A stretch of DNA of 62,937 nucleotides, filler included. It is 5 parts of 5 records of this genome, joined end to end, with 100 filler letters (N's around TTAATTAATTAA, not from the genome) between each part and the next. Parts side by side here need not be neighbours in the genome. Positions count along the whole stretch, not along the records: positions 1 to 16,237 come from SRR22947725_1661; positions 16,338 to 23,679 come from SRR22947725_1664; 3 more parts are not named here. The stretch is one strand, 5' to 3'. A program made the position numbers and the translations under genes. Positions within the stretch are counted from its first letter, which is position 1. Each line of letters opens with the position of its first letter. The notes beneath the pieces are model-generated. The model was not told the DNA's origin. It made no database searches and was given only the letters and a program-made list of their open reading frames with translations. Shown here in pieces: positions 9,686-21,032 of this stretch.

Positions 9686-11860
9686 ATGACAAAAAAAAAT
9701 CTGCCTTTGTTTAAATATATATTGATCTCTATTTTAGTGGTCATCTCTAATCCAATGCTCGGACAAGAAACACCATTAAGCTTAATTTCAGACACTATAT
9801 CTTATAATAAGATATCAGAAAATTTAAGTGCTACTGGAAATGTAAAAGTAATTTATAAAAAAACCACCTTATCTGCAGAAGAGATAAGCTATGACAAAAA
9901 AAATAATAAATTATCAATAATTGGCAATTTTACTATTAACGATGGTGAAAATATAATTATTTCAGACAACGACGCAATAATTAATACAAAATTTAGAAAT
10001 GATTTAATAAAAGGTGCACGCGCCATTATTAACGAAAAGTTACAAATATCAGCACAATCTTTGAACCAAGAAGATGTTAATTATAATATATTTAATACCG
10101 TTGTAGCTTCAACCTGTGAAATATGCGCAAATAATCCAACTCCCTTTTGGCAAATCCGAGCCAGAAAAATAATTCATAATAAAGAAAAACAAAAGATATT
10201 TTTTGAAAATGCAAGATTAGATTTTCTTGGACTACCTATCTTGTACATACCTGCATTAAATATTCCTGAACCTGGGATTGAGCGAGCTAGCGGTGTTTTA
10301 GTACCACAATTTTCAACTTCAGACAAAGTAGGTTTTTCTGCAAAATTACCATATTATATGGTACTCGATAATAATAAAGATTTAACTTTGACACCTTTTG
10401 TTATGTCTAAAAAAAGCCTTATACTCGAAACGGAATATCGTCAGTTTACTAAAAATGGATTTTTTGAATTATCCAATGCTTTTTCAATAAAAGATAATTT
10501 CAACAAAGGAAGACTAAATGGATTTATTGAAGGTGATGGGACCTTTGCTTTAAGAAAAAATTATGAATTAGATTTTAATATTGATTTAGCAAATACAATA
10601 GATTTTAAAAATGGAGAAAAACCTTTTAAAAATAACTATGATTATGCAGAACCAGAAGATGATCGACTAAAAAATACATTTAATATTAGCAAAACAACAA
10701 CTCATAGTTTTTTTCGATTAGGTACATCTTACACACAAAGCTTTAGATATAAAGATTTTGATGGAGATGGCCTAAAAGAAGAAGATCCAAACGTGCCTAT
10801 AATTCTTCCTGAATTATATTTCAAAAAAAATTATAAAAATAATATATTTGGTGGCAAGTATGCTCTTACAGCTCATTCAATAAACCTAGAAAACTTAACA
10901 AACGGACAGTATTCTAGAATTGGTGGGAAACTTGATTGGAAACGAAGTTGGAAAACAGCTTCCGGATTGAATTTTGGGTCCTTAGCACAATTTAATGCAA
11001 ATACATATTTAACTGAAAATAATTTTTATAAAAATGCTATACCACTAGGAATGATTGAAGCCCGATATCCCCTAAAAAAATCATCTTTAAAAAACTCTTA
11101 TATGTTTGAGCCAATAGCTCAAATCATTATTGCTCCAGATAGTGTAACCGGATATTTAAATAACAATAAAAACACATCAGATAGCACAACTGCAGAATTT
11201 GAAGAAACTAATTTATTCTCGACCAATCGTTTTCCAGGGTTTGATGAAATTGAGACTGGATTAAGAGCTAATATAGGTGGTAAATATATCATGTATGAAC
11301 CAAATGGTTGGAAATTTACGACAACTGCAGGCCGCGTTTTTAGGCAAAAGAATTTAAAGCAATTTGATGCATCAAAATCTACCGGATTAGATAAATTAAA
11401 CTCTGATTATGTTAGTGCATTTAGTTTAAGTTCACCCCAAAATTTTAAAATTCTATCTAGGCTATTACTAGACGATACAATGGATGCTTCGAAACATGAG
11501 ACAAAACTAAATTACTCAACTGATAAATATGCAGCTGATATTGGATATGTTTGGCTTGATAAACAAAGCTTTCTAAATCTTGATAATCATCAGCATGAAG
11601 TAAATATAAGTACTAATTATATAATAAATCAAAATTGGATATTTGGAGCTAATTGGAGACAAAATCTTAATACTCATTCGCCAATTAGTGGAAACTTTGA
11701 TGTTCTGTTTGAAAATGATTGCGCAAAACTGAATTTTTCACTTGATTTAAAGTATGATGAACAAGATAGAATAGATAGAACATTTGGTTTGCAAATATTT
11801 TTATCCGGTCTTGGGTCAGATACGAACAAAAAGAAATTTAATAATAGATGTAGGGGTTAG
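9686..11860 (+). CDS. lptD: LPS assembly outer-membrane protein LptD
   Basis: Signal peptide, OstA-like N-domain, STCEIC..PFWQIRARKI, EFEETNLFSTNRFPGFDEIE, ENDC; start uncertain (9671-9686). Confidence 0.9.
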   Translation: MTKKNLPLFKYILISILVVISNPMLGQETPLSLISDTISYNKISENLSATGNVKVIYKKTTLSAEEISYDKKNNKLSIIGNFTINDGENIIISDNDAIINTKFRNDLIKGARAIINEKLQISAQSLNQEDVNYNIFNTVVASTCEICANNPTPFWQIRARKIIHNKEKQKIFFENARLDFLGLPILYIPALNIPEPGIERASGVLVPQFSTSDKVGFSAKLPYYMVLDNNKDLTLTPFVMSKKSLILETEYRQFTKNGFFELSNAFSIKDNFNKGRLNGFIEGDGTFALRKNYELDFNIDLANTIDFKNGEKPFKNNYDYAEPEDDRLKNTFNISKTTTHSFFRLGTSYTQSFRYKDFDGDGLKEEDPNVPIILPELYFKKNYKNNIFGGKYALTAHSINLENLTNGQYSRIGGKLDWKRSWKTASGLNFGSLAQFNANTYLTENNFYKNAIPLGMIEARYPLKKSSLKNSYMFEPIAQIIIAPDSVTGYLNNNKNTSDSTTAEFEETNLFSTNRFPGFDEIETGLRANIGGKYIMYEPNGWKFTTTAGRVFRQKNLKQFDASKSTGLDKLNSDYVSAFSLSSPQNFKILSRLLLDDTMDASKHETKLNYSTDKYAADIGYVWLDKQSFLNLDNHQHEVNISTNYIINQNWIFGANWRQNLNTHSPISGNFDVLFENDCAKLNFSLDLKYDEQDRIDRTFGLQIFLSGLGSDTNKKKFNNRCRG

Positions 11861-11868
11861 CTTAAGTA

Positions 11869-12765
11869 ATGCACTTTATTAAGATTATAATAATAATATC
11901 ATCATTTTTATCCCCTATTACAGCCAAAGCAGAGTCAACAAATACTTTTAAAGTTGCAGTAGAAGTAAATGATCAAATCATTACAAATTATGAAATTTCT
12001 CAAAGAATAAAAATGCTTGAAACATTTGGAGCAAAGTCTGTTTCTAAAAAAGAAGTCATAAACTCTCTTATAAATGAAAGACTATACACAAATTCGGCTA
12101 TCGAACTTGAGGCATTACCTAATAATTCTGAAATAGATAAAGGATTAGATGATTTTGCAAAAAAAGGTAATCTCAGCAAAAAAGATTTATTAGCATATTT
12201 AGAGTCTAGAAACGTTTTTCAAGAAACACTTATTGCATACATTACATCTGGCTTAACGCAGCGTAAAGTAATTCAGAAAAAATTTGTAAATAATATATTT
12301 ATTTCTCAAGGCGATGTTGCCTCTGCAATAGATACAGAAAACGTGCTATCTAAAAGTAACTCTAATATAATTGAATATATAGAACTTACATTTTCAAATC
12401 TATTAAGTGATAAGAAAATCTTTAAGCAGCTAAGTACAATTAATAAAATGGTAGATAATTGCTTGGATTTGCAATCAGAAGCAAAAGATTATGAAAATAT
12501 TGATTTAAAAATACATAAAAAGAAAAAAAATAATTTGCAAAAGGATGTTCTTGATGAGTTAAATAATTTAGACATTTATGAAACAAAACTATTAAAAAAT
12601 TCAAATAATATTAGTTATTTATTAATGCTATGTTCACGTAATTCAAAAATGGATGAGGACACAATAGAAACTTTGCGTAATAAGATTTTCAACATTAGAA
12701 TAAATAAAATTGGAAACGCATATATACAAGAATTAAAAGGCGAAGCCTTTATAGATATTAAATGA
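11869..12765 (+). CDS. surA: SurA-like periplasmic chaperone (PPIase domain degenerate)
   Basis: VNDQIITNYEISQR N-domain; C-terminal [14 protein letters not shown]; between lptD and pdxA. Confidence 0.8.
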   Translation: MHFIKIIIIISSFLSPITAKAESTNTFKVAVEVNDQIITNYEISQRIKMLETFGAKSVSKKEVINSLINERLYTNSAIELEALPNNSEIDKGLDDFAKKGNLSKKDLLAYLESRNVFQETLIAYITSGLTQRKVIQKKFVNNIFISQGDVASAIDTENVLSKSNSNIIEYIELTFSNLLSDKKIFKQLSTINKMVDNCLDLQSEAKDYENIDLKIHKKKKNNLQKDVLDELNNLDIYETKLLKNSNNISYLLMLCSRNSKMDEDTIETLRNKIFNIRINKIGNAYIQELKGEAFIDIK

Positions 12766-13739
12766 ATTTACCAGTAGCACTTACATGCGGTGACCCAAAT
12801 GGAATTGGAATTGATATTTCATTTGAAGCTAAAAAAGAATTAAAAAATAGAATACCATTTTTTTTAATTGCAGATATTAATCATTTAAAAAAACGAAATC
12901 ATTCTCAAAGCTTCGCAAAAATTCAACATCCAAAAGAATGTTTTAATATATCTAAAGATATTCTGCCAGTTTTACACCATGATTTCCCTGAAACACCAAC
13001 ATTAAATGGATCTCAACCAGGTAATGCATTGGCTACAACTGAAGTTATACATCGTGCAGTAAATCTATTCCTGAATCAAGAAATTAATGCAATTTGCACC
13101 AACCCAATTAATAAAGAGGTTCTAAAAAAAGGTTGTGGATTTGAATATCCAGGCCACACTGAGTATTTAGCACACTTAGCAGGACATAAAAATTCTGTTA
13201 TGATGTTACTTTGTGAAGAACTTCGCGTTGTCCCCACAACAATTCACATTGCCTTAAAGGATGTATCCAAACTGTTAACAAAAGAATTATTAATGAATAC
13301 AATAAATATAACCAGGGATGCACTTATAAATCATTTTGGAATTAAGAAACCACGGATTGCTATAGCGGGATTAAATCCTCATGCAGGCGAAAATGGTACT
13401 TTTGGACAAGAAGAAATAAAAATTATCAATCCAACAATTGAAAAATTACGTTCCCAAGGCTTTGATATTATTGGTCCTTTATCAGCGGATACAATGTTTC
13501 ATCAAGATGCACGAAACAATTATGATGTAGCTATTTGTATGTATCATGATCAAGCTCTTATACCTATTAAAACTATTGATTTTTATGGTGGAGTGAATGT
13601 GACTTTGGGCTTACCTTTTATTCGAACTTCTCCAGATCATGGAACAGCTTTCGAACTTGCAGGTACAAGAAAAGCTAATCCAAGAAGTTTAATAAATGCT
13701 TTAGAAGTAGCACATAAAATTTCTAATGGAAAAATATAA
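12762..13739 (+). CDS. pdxA: 4-hydroxythreonine-4-phosphate dehydrogenase
   Basis: [40 protein letters not shown]. Confidence 0.97.
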   Translation: MNLPVALTCGDPNGIGIDISFEAKKELKNRIPFFLIADINHLKKRNHSQSFAKIQHPKECFNISKDILPVLHHDFPETPTLNGSQPGNALATTEVIHRAVNLFLNQEINAICTNPINKEVLKKGCGFEYPGHTEYLAHLAGHKNSVMMLLCEELRVVPTTIHIALKDVSKLLTKELLMNTINITRDALINHFGIKKPRIAIAGLNPHAGENGTFGQEEIKIINPTIEKLRSQGFDIIGPLSADTMFHQDARNNYDVAICMYHDQALIPIKTIDFYGGVNVTLGLPFIRTSPDHGTAFELAGTRKANPRSLINALEVAHKISNGKI

Positions 13740-13740
13740 G

Positions 13741-14583
13741 ATGGGTTTGAATACATTAGATGGCTTACCACCGCTTAGAGTAATTATTAATGAATACCAA
13801 CTTTCTGCAAAAAAATCTTTAGGTCAAAATTTCTTATTAGATTTAAATTTAACAAATAAAATAGCTCGCATGGCTGGAGATTTAACAAGCCATACGATCC
13901 TTGAGATAGGTCCTGGGCCAGGTGGATTGACACGAGCACTCCTAAATTCTGGAGCAAAAAAAGTCTTAGCCATTGAACGAGATGAAAGATTAATCCCTGC
14001 TTTAAATCAAATCAAAGACCACTTTGATAACCGATTGGAAGTAAAATATGCCGATGCTCTTAATGAGAACATCGAAGCTTATTTAGACGGCCCAGTAAAA
14101 GTTGTAGCTAATTTACCTTACAATATAGGAACTGAGTTATTGATACGTTGGCTCACTCCAAGTGAATGGCCCCCATATTGGGAAAGTTTAACACTTATGT
14201 TCCAAAAAGAAGTAGCCAAGAGGATTGTTGCCAAGCCAGGATCAAAAGCTTACGGACGCTTAGCGCTATTAGTTCAATGGCGCTGCAATGCAAAAATAGT
14301 AATGGAAATCTCACCCCAAGCGTTCACACCTCCACCTAAAGTAACATCAGCTGTTGTACATATAGAACGTTTAACAAACCCAAGATTTGAAGCAGATGGT
14401 AAAGTTTTAGAAAAAATTGTTGCTGCAGCATTTAATCAACGGAGAAAAATGTTGCGAGTAAGTCTTAAGGCCTTCTCACCTATTATTGAAGACATATTAA
14501 TTGATGTTGGGATTAAACCAACTCAAAGAGCCGAAGAAATATCACTTGAACAATTCTGTGCTCTTGCCCGAGTGTTAAATTAA
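13741..14583 (+). CDS. rsmA: 16S rRNA adenine dimethyltransferase
   Basis: [27 protein letters not shown]. Confidence 0.97.
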   Translation: MGLNTLDGLPPLRVIINEYQLSAKKSLGQNFLLDLNLTNKIARMAGDLTSHTILEIGPGPGGLTRALLNSGAKKVLAIERDERLIPALNQIKDHFDNRLEVKYADALNENIEAYLDGPVKVVANLPYNIGTELLIRWLTPSEWPPYWESLTLMFQKEVAKRIVAKPGSKAYGRLALLVQWRCNAKIVMEISPQAFTPPPKVTSAVVHIERLTNPRFEADGKVLEKIVAAAFNQRRKMLRVSLKAFSPIIEDILIDVGIKPTQRAEEISLEQFCALARVLN

Positions 14584-15089
14584 GTTTCTTCGTTGCCTTC
14601 ATCTAAAGTTTTGGGCCTTTCTTCATGAACAATTTCTATTTTTTTCTTAACAGGACGTCTTTTATTTTTTGGCTCTAATTCATTGCTTTTGATCTCAGCT
14701 TGATCATTTTCTAAAACCTCAGAAATAACAACTTCATCTCCAATGCTTGAATTTAATTGCGTTTCATCATTAGCATTACTGTTATTCTGGGATCTATTCT
14801 CATGCTGTTTTTGTTGTTGTTCTCGTTTGGCATCTAGTTCTTTTTGTGCAACAACCAAAAGACGAGAATAGTGCTCTGAGTGTTGGAGAAAATTCTCATG
14901 AGCGATCCGATCACCAGCAAGCATGGCATCACTAGCTAATGACTGGTACTTATCAATAATTTGCTGTGGGGTTCCTCGTACGCGTCCTTCAGGGCCAGAA
15001 CTATCAAATACACGGTTTATAACATTTCCCGGATTTTGGCGTCGATTATTATTTTTATTACGTGATCGTGATTTGTTAGATGTTCTCAT
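14580..15089 (-). CDS. DUF4167 domain protein
   Basis: [24 protein letters not shown]...[10 protein letters not shown]; typical alphaproteobacterial gene downstream of prmC. Confidence 0.88.
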   Translation of the reverse strand: MRTSNKSRSRNKNNNRRQNPGNVINRVFDSSGPEGRVRGTPQQIIDKYQSLASDAMLAGDRIAHENFLQHSEHYSRLLVVAQKELDAKREQQQKQHENRSQNNSNANDETQLNSSIGDEVVISEVLENDQAEIKSNELEPKNKRRPVKKKIEIVHEERPKTLDEGNEET

Positions 15090-15265
15090 TAAATGCAATT
15101 GCCTTGTTTGTAATTGAAGAGCACAAAAATGTGTAAATGTCCTAATTTTGGACTAGGAAAGAGGTAAAATCCTCTATTTCATATTTTTGTTATAAATGAA
15201 TGACATATTAAAACAAGTGCAAATTTACAAATTTCAAATTGTTATTTGTTTCCTTTTTATTTTAT

Positions 15266-16099
15266 TTACTCAATCCAGGACGCTGAAAGTACTCTATCTT
15301 TATTATTAATATCTTTTACCAATTTAATATCTTTATACCCATGATTTTTTAATAAATGCGTTACCTTTTTGCCTTGATCATATCCTATTTCTAATATTAA
15401 TTTTCCATTTGGAATTAATAGATTTTTTGCTCCATCTAAAATATGTCTATACGCGCCCAGCCCATCACCTTCTGGAGTTAATGCTATGCGCGGCTCCCAG
15501 TTCAAAACACTTTTTGACAGAATTTTCATATCATTTTCAGATATATAAGGTGGGTTTGATATAATTAAATCAAATTTTTCTTTTATACCCTCGCACCAGT
15601 TGCCTAAGTTAAACGATACTCTTTGACTAAGACTTAATAAGTTAGCATTTTGTTTTGCAACATTTAAAGCATCCTCAGATTTATCAATTCCCATACCAAT
15701 TGCGTCTTTATATTCATCAAGTAAGCTTAATATTATACACCCAGAACCAGTCCCTAAATCTAAAATGTTGTAAAACTTTCCTTGTGATAATGTATGCTCA
15801 ATTAATGTTTCTGTGTCTGGGCGTGGATCTAAAACATTTGGTGAAACAATAAATTTATTTTTCCAGAAGTATCTTTCACCAATTATTTGTGAAATTGGCT
15901 GAAATTCTAAACGTTTATTAATAAGTGTTTTAAAATAATTATATTTATCATCAGATATTTCATAATCAAGTTGGAGAATTTTTCCTTTCAAATCTAAAGT
16001 AAATTCTAATAATATTTTAGCCTCTCGTTTAGCATTTTGACCAGAAACTTTCTCTAACAATTGAGATGACTCTTTAAGAATTAGAGCGACTGAAGCCAT
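15266..16099 (-). CDS. prmC: Release factor glutamine methyltransferase
   Basis: LDPRPDTE, LDLGTGSGCI, SNPPYI; directly downstream of prfA. Confidence 0.96.
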   Translation of the reverse strand: MASVALILKESSQLLEKVSGQNAKREAKILLEFTLDLKGKILQLDYEISDDKYNYFKTLINKRLEFQPISQIIGERYFWKNKFIVSPNVLDPRPDTETLIEHTLSQGKFYNILDLGTGSGCIILSLLDEYKDAIGMGIDKSEDALNVAKQNANLLSLSQRVSFNLGNWCEGIKEKFDLIISNPPYISENDMKILSKSVLNWEPRIALTPEGDGLGAYRHILDGAKNLLIPNGKLILEIGYDQGKKVTHLLKNHGYKDIKLVKDINNKDRVLSASWIE

Positions 16100-16237
16100 T
16101 ACGGGTTCAAATCAGAAAGTTTTGTGGCTTGATCATCAGCGGTTAACGCATCAATAAATTCATTCAAATCTCCCTGCATTACTTGATCAAGCTTATAAAG
16201 AGTTAAATTTATACGATGATCACTAACTCGACCTTGG
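16099..16237 (-). CDS. prfA: Peptide chain release factor 1, C-terminal fragment (contig end)
   Basis: Own translation [31 protein letters not shown]...NP*; TAA overlaps prmC ATG. Confidence 0.93.
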
Positions 16238-16337
16238 NNNNNNNNNNNNNNNNNNNNNNNNNNNNNNNNNNNNNNNNNNNNTTAATTAATTAANNNNNNN
16301 NNNNNNNNNNNNNNNNNNNNNNNNNNNNNNNNNNNNN
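16238..16337. other. Artificial contig linker
   Basis: 44 N + TTAATTAATTAA (stops in all six frames) + 44 N. Confidence 0.99.
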
Positions 16338-16596
16338 CTTTCATGATTAATAGTTCTTCACCATCAACCGTTACTTCTGTACCTGACCACTTACCAAACA
16401 GGACTTTATCTCCTACTGATACTGCCATCTCAATTAGCTCTCCGCTATCTTTGCGAGAACCTTCACCAGCAGATACAATCTCTCCCTCTGCAGGTTTTTC
16501 TTTTGCACTGTCAGGGATTATAAGTCCTCCAGCAGTCTTCTCTTCGCTTTCTACGCGCCTTACTAGCACGCGGTCATGAAGTGGTTTTAATGCCAT
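16338..16596 (-). CDS. groES: Co-chaperonin GroES (3' end truncated by contig end)
   Basis: [14 protein letters not shown]...[15 protein letters not shown]...GKWSGTEV. Confidence 0.98.
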
Positions 16597-16647
16597 TTTA
16601 GTAGCTCCTTAGCTCACAGTTTCTATTAATTTTCCATATTCGGAAAT

Positions 16648-16674
16648 TTAGCACTCTCATCGTAAGAGTGCCAA
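16648..16674 (-). promoter_or_regulatory. CIRCE element (HrcA operator) upstream of groES
   Basis: TTAGCACTC-N9-GAGTGCCAA, one mismatch to consensus. Confidence 0.95.
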
Positions 16675-16682
16675 CAGACTTC

Positions 16683-16711
16683 AGATAGGTATGGCCAATG
16701 AAAGTGTCAAG
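16683..16711 (-). promoter_or_regulatory. Putative RpoH-type promoter of groES
   Basis: Minus strand CTTG-N18-CCTATCT, matching the alphaproteobacterial heat-shock promoter form, just upstream of CIRCE. Confidence 0.65.
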
Positions 16712-17009
16712 TGCTGAACTGATAGAATTATTATTTTATTCAGTAGTAGCTCTTTCCTTATAGCATTCATAATTAAGTTACTTAAAATAGATATAAGATA
16801 TAGAACACCTTAATTTCTAAATAATGAAATAAAAGTACAGCTCTTTTAATCCAATTACAGATAAATTACATCAATGAAATATATGATAATTAATGGACTA
16901 ATCATGACTTTACACAACCAAACATAAAAGCTATAAGCACGTCGATTTTAAACTCTAAATAGAGTTTTTAAATAATAAAATAAACTGTTTTAACAAAAGG
17001 ATTCAATCC

Positions 17010-19040
17010 ATGCTTTCATCTGCAATGTTACCAATAGGCCTCGGCGTTCTTGGTATGATAGCTGCTCTTTTAACTTACATAAAAATTCTTCAAAGTTCCG
17101 GAGGCGCTGGACGAGTAAAAGAAATTGCCGATGAAATTCATCTTGGCGCTATGGTTTTCATGGCCGCAGAATATAAACGTCTCGCGATTTTTTGTTTGGT
17201 ATGTATTGTTGCACTTTACTTTAGTCTTGGAGCCGGAACAGCAATTGCTTTTTTCTTAGGAGCGGCATGTTCAGGTGTTGCGGGATATATTGGAATGTAT
17301 ACGGCAACCCGTGCAAATGTTAGAACAGCAGTAGCCGCAAATACCAGTGGCGCTTCTGCAGCCTTGAATATAGCTTTTTCTGGTGGCTCAATAATGGGAT
17401 TAACAGTAGCCTCCGTTGGCCTTCTGGGTGTAGGTATTTTATATCATTATATGGCAGGAAGTGTAGAAACAATTCACTCAATAGAGGGATTCGCAATGGG
17501 CGCCTCTTCTGTAGCACTATTTAGTCGTGTTGGTGGTGGAATTTTTACGAAAAGTGCTGATGTCGGTGCTGATTTGGTCGGCAAAGTAGAAGCAGGTATT
17601 CCTGAAGATGATCCTCGAAATCCTGCTGTAATTGCAGATAACGTTGGAGACAATGTCGGTGATGTAGCCGGGATGGGGTCAGATATTTTTGAGAGTTATT
17701 GTGGTTCTATGATTGCGTCTATTGCTTTGGCAGCGTCCATGTCATTAGTAGATGTAAACCATCTTGGTGGCGATAGGAGTGCTCTTCAATTTATGCCTTT
17801 AGCTCTTGCTTCCCTAGGACTTATTTGTTCGCTTGCAGGAATTCTTTCCGTTAGATTGTTTGCAAACAAAAGCCCAGATGTTGCCCTTCGTTTTGGAACA
17901 ATAGGTTCTGCAGTTCTATTCATTGTTTTAGCTTATTTCTTGGTAGCCAATGCAGGCGTATCTGCAGGCGTATGGCAAGCAGTTCTAGTTGGCGCAGTCG
18001 GCGGCATAATTGTAGGTCTGATTACGGAATACTATACTGGAGGCCCTCCAGTACGGAAAATTGCCAAGGACGGAGAAACTGGCCCAGCCACAGTTATGAT
18101 ATCTGGTTTAGCAGTAGGAATGGAATCTGTTGCTCTTCCGGTATTAACTATTGCCGCTATCATATTTTTTGCCAACTTATCAGCAGGTCTGTACGGAGTA
18201 GGAATGGCTGCTGTTGGAATGCTAAGTACTGTGGGAATTACTATGGCTATTGACGCATATGGTCCAGTAGCTGACAATGCAGGTGGCATTGCAGAGATGG
18301 CTGAAATGGGTTCAGAAACTAGAGAAATTACAGATGGGCTTGATGAAGTTGGTAACACTACAGCTGCAATTGGTAAGGGTTTTGCTATTTCGGCAGCAGC
18401 ACTAGCTGCTTTGGCATTGATCAGCGCTTACATCGAGAAAATTGCTGTAAGATGGGAAGCATTAAATCCAGGAAAAGACTTTACATTAGCGATAAATGAT
18501 CCCCTGGTATTATGTGGAATGTTCATAGGTGGAATATTTCCATTCTTAGTGAGTTCTATGACAATGAGAGCAGTAGGAGATGCTGCTTTTGAAATGATTG
18601 AAGAAGTACGTCGTCAGTTCAGGGAGATTCCTGGCTTGTTAGAAGGTAACGCTAAGCCAGATACGGCGCGTTGTGTAGATATAGCAACTAGAGCAGCACT
18701 ACGAAAAATGATAGTTCCTGGCGCACTTGCTGTCCTCGCACCAGTTGTAATCGGTTTTGGTCTTGGTGCTGAAGCGTTAGGTGGTATGCTAGCTGGAGCA
18801 CTTATATGTTGTGTTATGATGGCTCTGATGATGGCAAACGCAGGCGGAGCCTGGGATAATGCTAAAAAATACGTCGAGAAAGGTAATTTGGGCGGAAAGG
18901 GCTCTGATGTCCATAAAGCCGCAGTAGTAGGTGACACCGTTGGTGATCCGATGAAAGATACGTCTGGGCCAGCAATGAACATTTTAATAAATGTAATGGC
19001 AATTGTTAGCCTAGTGATAGCTCCATTATTAATTTTGTAA
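17010..19040 (+). CDS. hppA: Membrane-bound pyrophosphatase, K+-dependent, probably Na+-translocating
   Basis: [45 protein letters not shown] (K+-dependent Ala), DIFESY (Na+-type Glu position), [14 protein letters not shown]. Confidence 0.95.
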   Translation: MLSSAMLPIGLGVLGMIAALLTYIKILQSSGGAGRVKEIADEIHLGAMVFMAAEYKRLAIFCLVCIVALYFSLGAGTAIAFFLGAACSGVAGYIGMYTATRANVRTAVAANTSGASAALNIAFSGGSIMGLTVASVGLLGVGILYHYMAGSVETIHSIEGFAMGASSVALFSRVGGGIFTKSADVGADLVGKVEAGIPEDDPRNPAVIADNVGDNVGDVAGMGSDIFESYCGSMIASIALAASMSLVDVNHLGGDRSALQFMPLALASLGLICSLAGILSVRLFANKSPDVALRFGTIGSAVLFIVLAYFLVANAGVSAGVWQAVLVGAVGGIIVGLITEYYTGGPPVRKIAKDGETGPATVMISGLAVGMESVALPVLTIAAIIFFANLSAGLYGVGMAAVGMLSTVGITMAIDAYGPVADNAGGIAEMAEMGSETREITDGLDEVGNTTAAIGKGFAISAAALAALALISAYIEKIAVRWEALNPGKDFTLAINDPLVLCGMFIGGIFPFLVSSMTMRAVGDAAFEMIEEVRRQFREIPGLLEGNAKPDTARCVDIATRAALRKMIVPGALAVLAPVVIGFGLGAEALGGMLAGALICCVMMALMMANAGGAWDNAKKYVEKGNLGGKGSDVHKAAVVGDTVGDPMKDTSGPAMNILINVMAIVSLVIAPLLIL

Positions 19041-19068
19041 TTTATCAAAATTGATTATTATAAGTTTT

Positions 19069-19100
19069 AAAATGACCCATTAGATTGGGTCATTTTTTTT
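19069..19100 (+). terminator. Rho-independent terminator after hppA
   Basis: AAAATGACCCA-TTAGAT-TGGGTCATTTT followed by T-run. Confidence 0.85.
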
Positions 19101-19149
19101 ATATAACTAAATGTCAAAAATAAAAAAATTCCTTGAGGTTAATTACTTA

Positions 19150-20022
19150 ATGACCAAAATAATCAATAACCTATCAGCAATCTCTAATCAGTATAAAGCA
19201 CTATTCGTAGATCTTTGGGGGTGTTTACACGACGGATATAAACCATTTTTAGAGGCAGTACACGCTCTTCAAACCTACAGAGCTAATGGAGGTCTAGTAA
19301 TTCTAGTAACCAACGCACCAAGACATAGTAGTAGCGTTGAACAGCAGATTAAAAAAATTGGTATTGAACCCTCTAGCTGGGATGCGATAGCCACGTCAGG
19401 AGACTCTGCTCGACATGCAATGTTCTCTGGGGTAGTGGGAAGAAAAATATACTTTATAGGCCAACCTCATGATATGAATTTCTTTGATCTACCTCTATCT
19501 GAAGAGAAATTTGAAAGCATAACCTTGGTTCCTCTAAAAGAAGCAACCGGGATAGTGTGTTGCGGCCCATTCGATCCTTTGATCTCTCCAGACGAAAATT
19601 TAAGTGATTTTGAGTACGCTAAAGAAAAAGGGCTTAAACTACTCTGTGCTAATCCAGATATAGTAGTTGACAGAGGTGATACCAGAGAGTGGTGCGCTGG
19701 CGCACTTGCTGCTCAATATACAAAAATGGGAGGTAAGAGTTTATATTTTGGAAAACCACATAAACCAATTTATGATCTAGCTCGTCTTCATCTTAAAAAC
19801 ATAGATAACAGTATATTAGATGATGAAATTTTATGTATAGGGGATGGAATCTCGACCGATATAAAGGGTGCTATTGACGAAAAATTAGACTCTCTTTTCA
19901 TATCGGGTGGACTTGCAGCAGTTGAAACAGGAACTAATGTTAAACCAGACAAAAAATTATTAAAAAAATATTTAGAAGTTACAAAATCTAACCCAACATG
20001 GGTAATCGGAAGACTCAATTAA
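19150..20022 (+). CDS. HAD-IIA hydrolase, TIGR01459-like
   Basis: DLWGCLHDG, TNAPR, CANPD, GKPH, IGDGISTDIKG; GAGGT RBS before ATG 19150. Confidence 0.9.
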   Translation: MTKIINNLSAISNQYKALFVDLWGCLHDGYKPFLEAVHALQTYRANGGLVILVTNAPRHSSSVEQQIKKIGIEPSSWDAIATSGDSARHAMFSGVVGRKIYFIGQPHDMNFFDLPLSEEKFESITLVPLKEATGIVCCGPFDPLISPDENLSDFEYAKEKGLKLLCANPDIVVDRGDTREWCAGALAAQYTKMGGKSLYFGKPHKPIYDLARLHLKNIDNSILDDEILCIGDGISTDIKGAIDEKLDSLFISGGLAAVETGTNVKPDKKLLKKYLEVTKSNPTWVIGRLN

Positions 20023-20099
20023 AAATAAATCTGCAATAATTAGACAAATCAAAGTATATACAGTCTTGCACAGTGTCTTTAACGAGTTTACGTAATTTT

Positions 20100-21032
20100 A
20101 TGAGAATTTTTACAAACTATAACATAGCTGATGAACGCGATAGAAATGCCTCTATTGCTATAGGTAATTTTGATGGGGTTCACCTCGGTCATCAATCAAT
20201 CATAAAATTAGCAAAAAATATGAACCCAGATAGCCAGTTGGGAGTTTTGACTTTTGACCCCCACCCTAGAGAGTTTTTTAGACCTGCAGACACAAATTTT
20301 CGATTAATGAATACACAGACTAAAAATAATAGATTAAAAAAGCTAGGTATAAAATTACTATACCAATTAGCTTTCAATCAAAAATTAGCTTCACTAACAG
20401 CAAGGGAATTTGCAGAAAAAGTTATTTCAAAAGGCTTAGGAGCCAAAAATGTGGTCGTTGGAGCCGATTTTTGTTTTGGGAGAGAGAGAGCAGGCACAGT
20501 CAAAATATTATCAGATTTGGGCTCAGAGCTAGGCTTTACCGTAGGAATCGCTGATATAGTAACAGGGAATGGAGAAATATTATCCTCCACCAATATTCGT
20601 AAGTTGCTTTCTAATGGAAACACGCGGGAATCAGCAAAGATGTTAGGACACTGGCACAGAATAGACGGTAAGGTAATCTTAGGGGATCAAAGAGGTCGAG
20701 AGCTAGGTTATCCTACAGCAAATATCTCCCTAGAAGGACTGCATATGCCTAAACTTGGAGTTTATGCCGTGCTAGTTGATATCTTAAGTGGACCTCATCG
20801 CGGCTCTTACAAGGGAGCAGCGTCGATCGGATCCAAGCCAACGTTTGGAGAAAATGTTATAAATTGTGAAACATACATTTTTAATTTTCATGGAGATATT
20901 TATGGGGAAAGCATATCAGTCGGATTAGTCGATTTTCTGCGTCCTGAAGAGGCTTTTAAGACTGTGGATGAGCTAGTTATACAGATGAAATTAGACTGTG
21001 AAAAAGCATACTTAAAACTAAATAAACTATGA
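20100..21032 (+). CDS. ribF: Bifunctional riboflavin kinase/FAD synthetase
   Basis: IGNFDGVHLGHQ, TFDPHP, GDQRGRELGYPTAN. Confidence 0.96.
   Translation: MRIFTNYNIADERDRNASIAIGNFDGVHLGHQSIIKLAKNMNPDSQLGVLTFDPHPREFFRPADTNFRLMNTQTKNNRLKKLGIKLLYQLAFNQKLASLTAREFAEKVISKGLGAKNVVVGADFCFGRERAGTVKILSDLGSELGFTVGIADIVTGNGEILSSTNIRKLLSNGNTRESAKMLGHWHRIDGKVILGDQRGRELGYPTANISLEGLHMPKLGVYAVLVDILSGPHRGSYKGAASIGSKPTFGENVINCETYIFNFHGDIYGESISVGLVDFLRPEEAFKTVDELVIQMKLDCEKAYLKLNKL

Noticed and set aside
15138-15175. Two small hairpins upstream of the DUF4167 gene
   Set aside because: Stems of only 4-5 bp; not distinguishable from chance without homolog alignment.
16282-16293. Repeated TTAATTAATTAA flanked by N runs (also 23724, 44347, 56542) as a biological repeat
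   Set aside because: Artificial six-frame stop linker; ORF ends reading XXX..LIN are artefacts.
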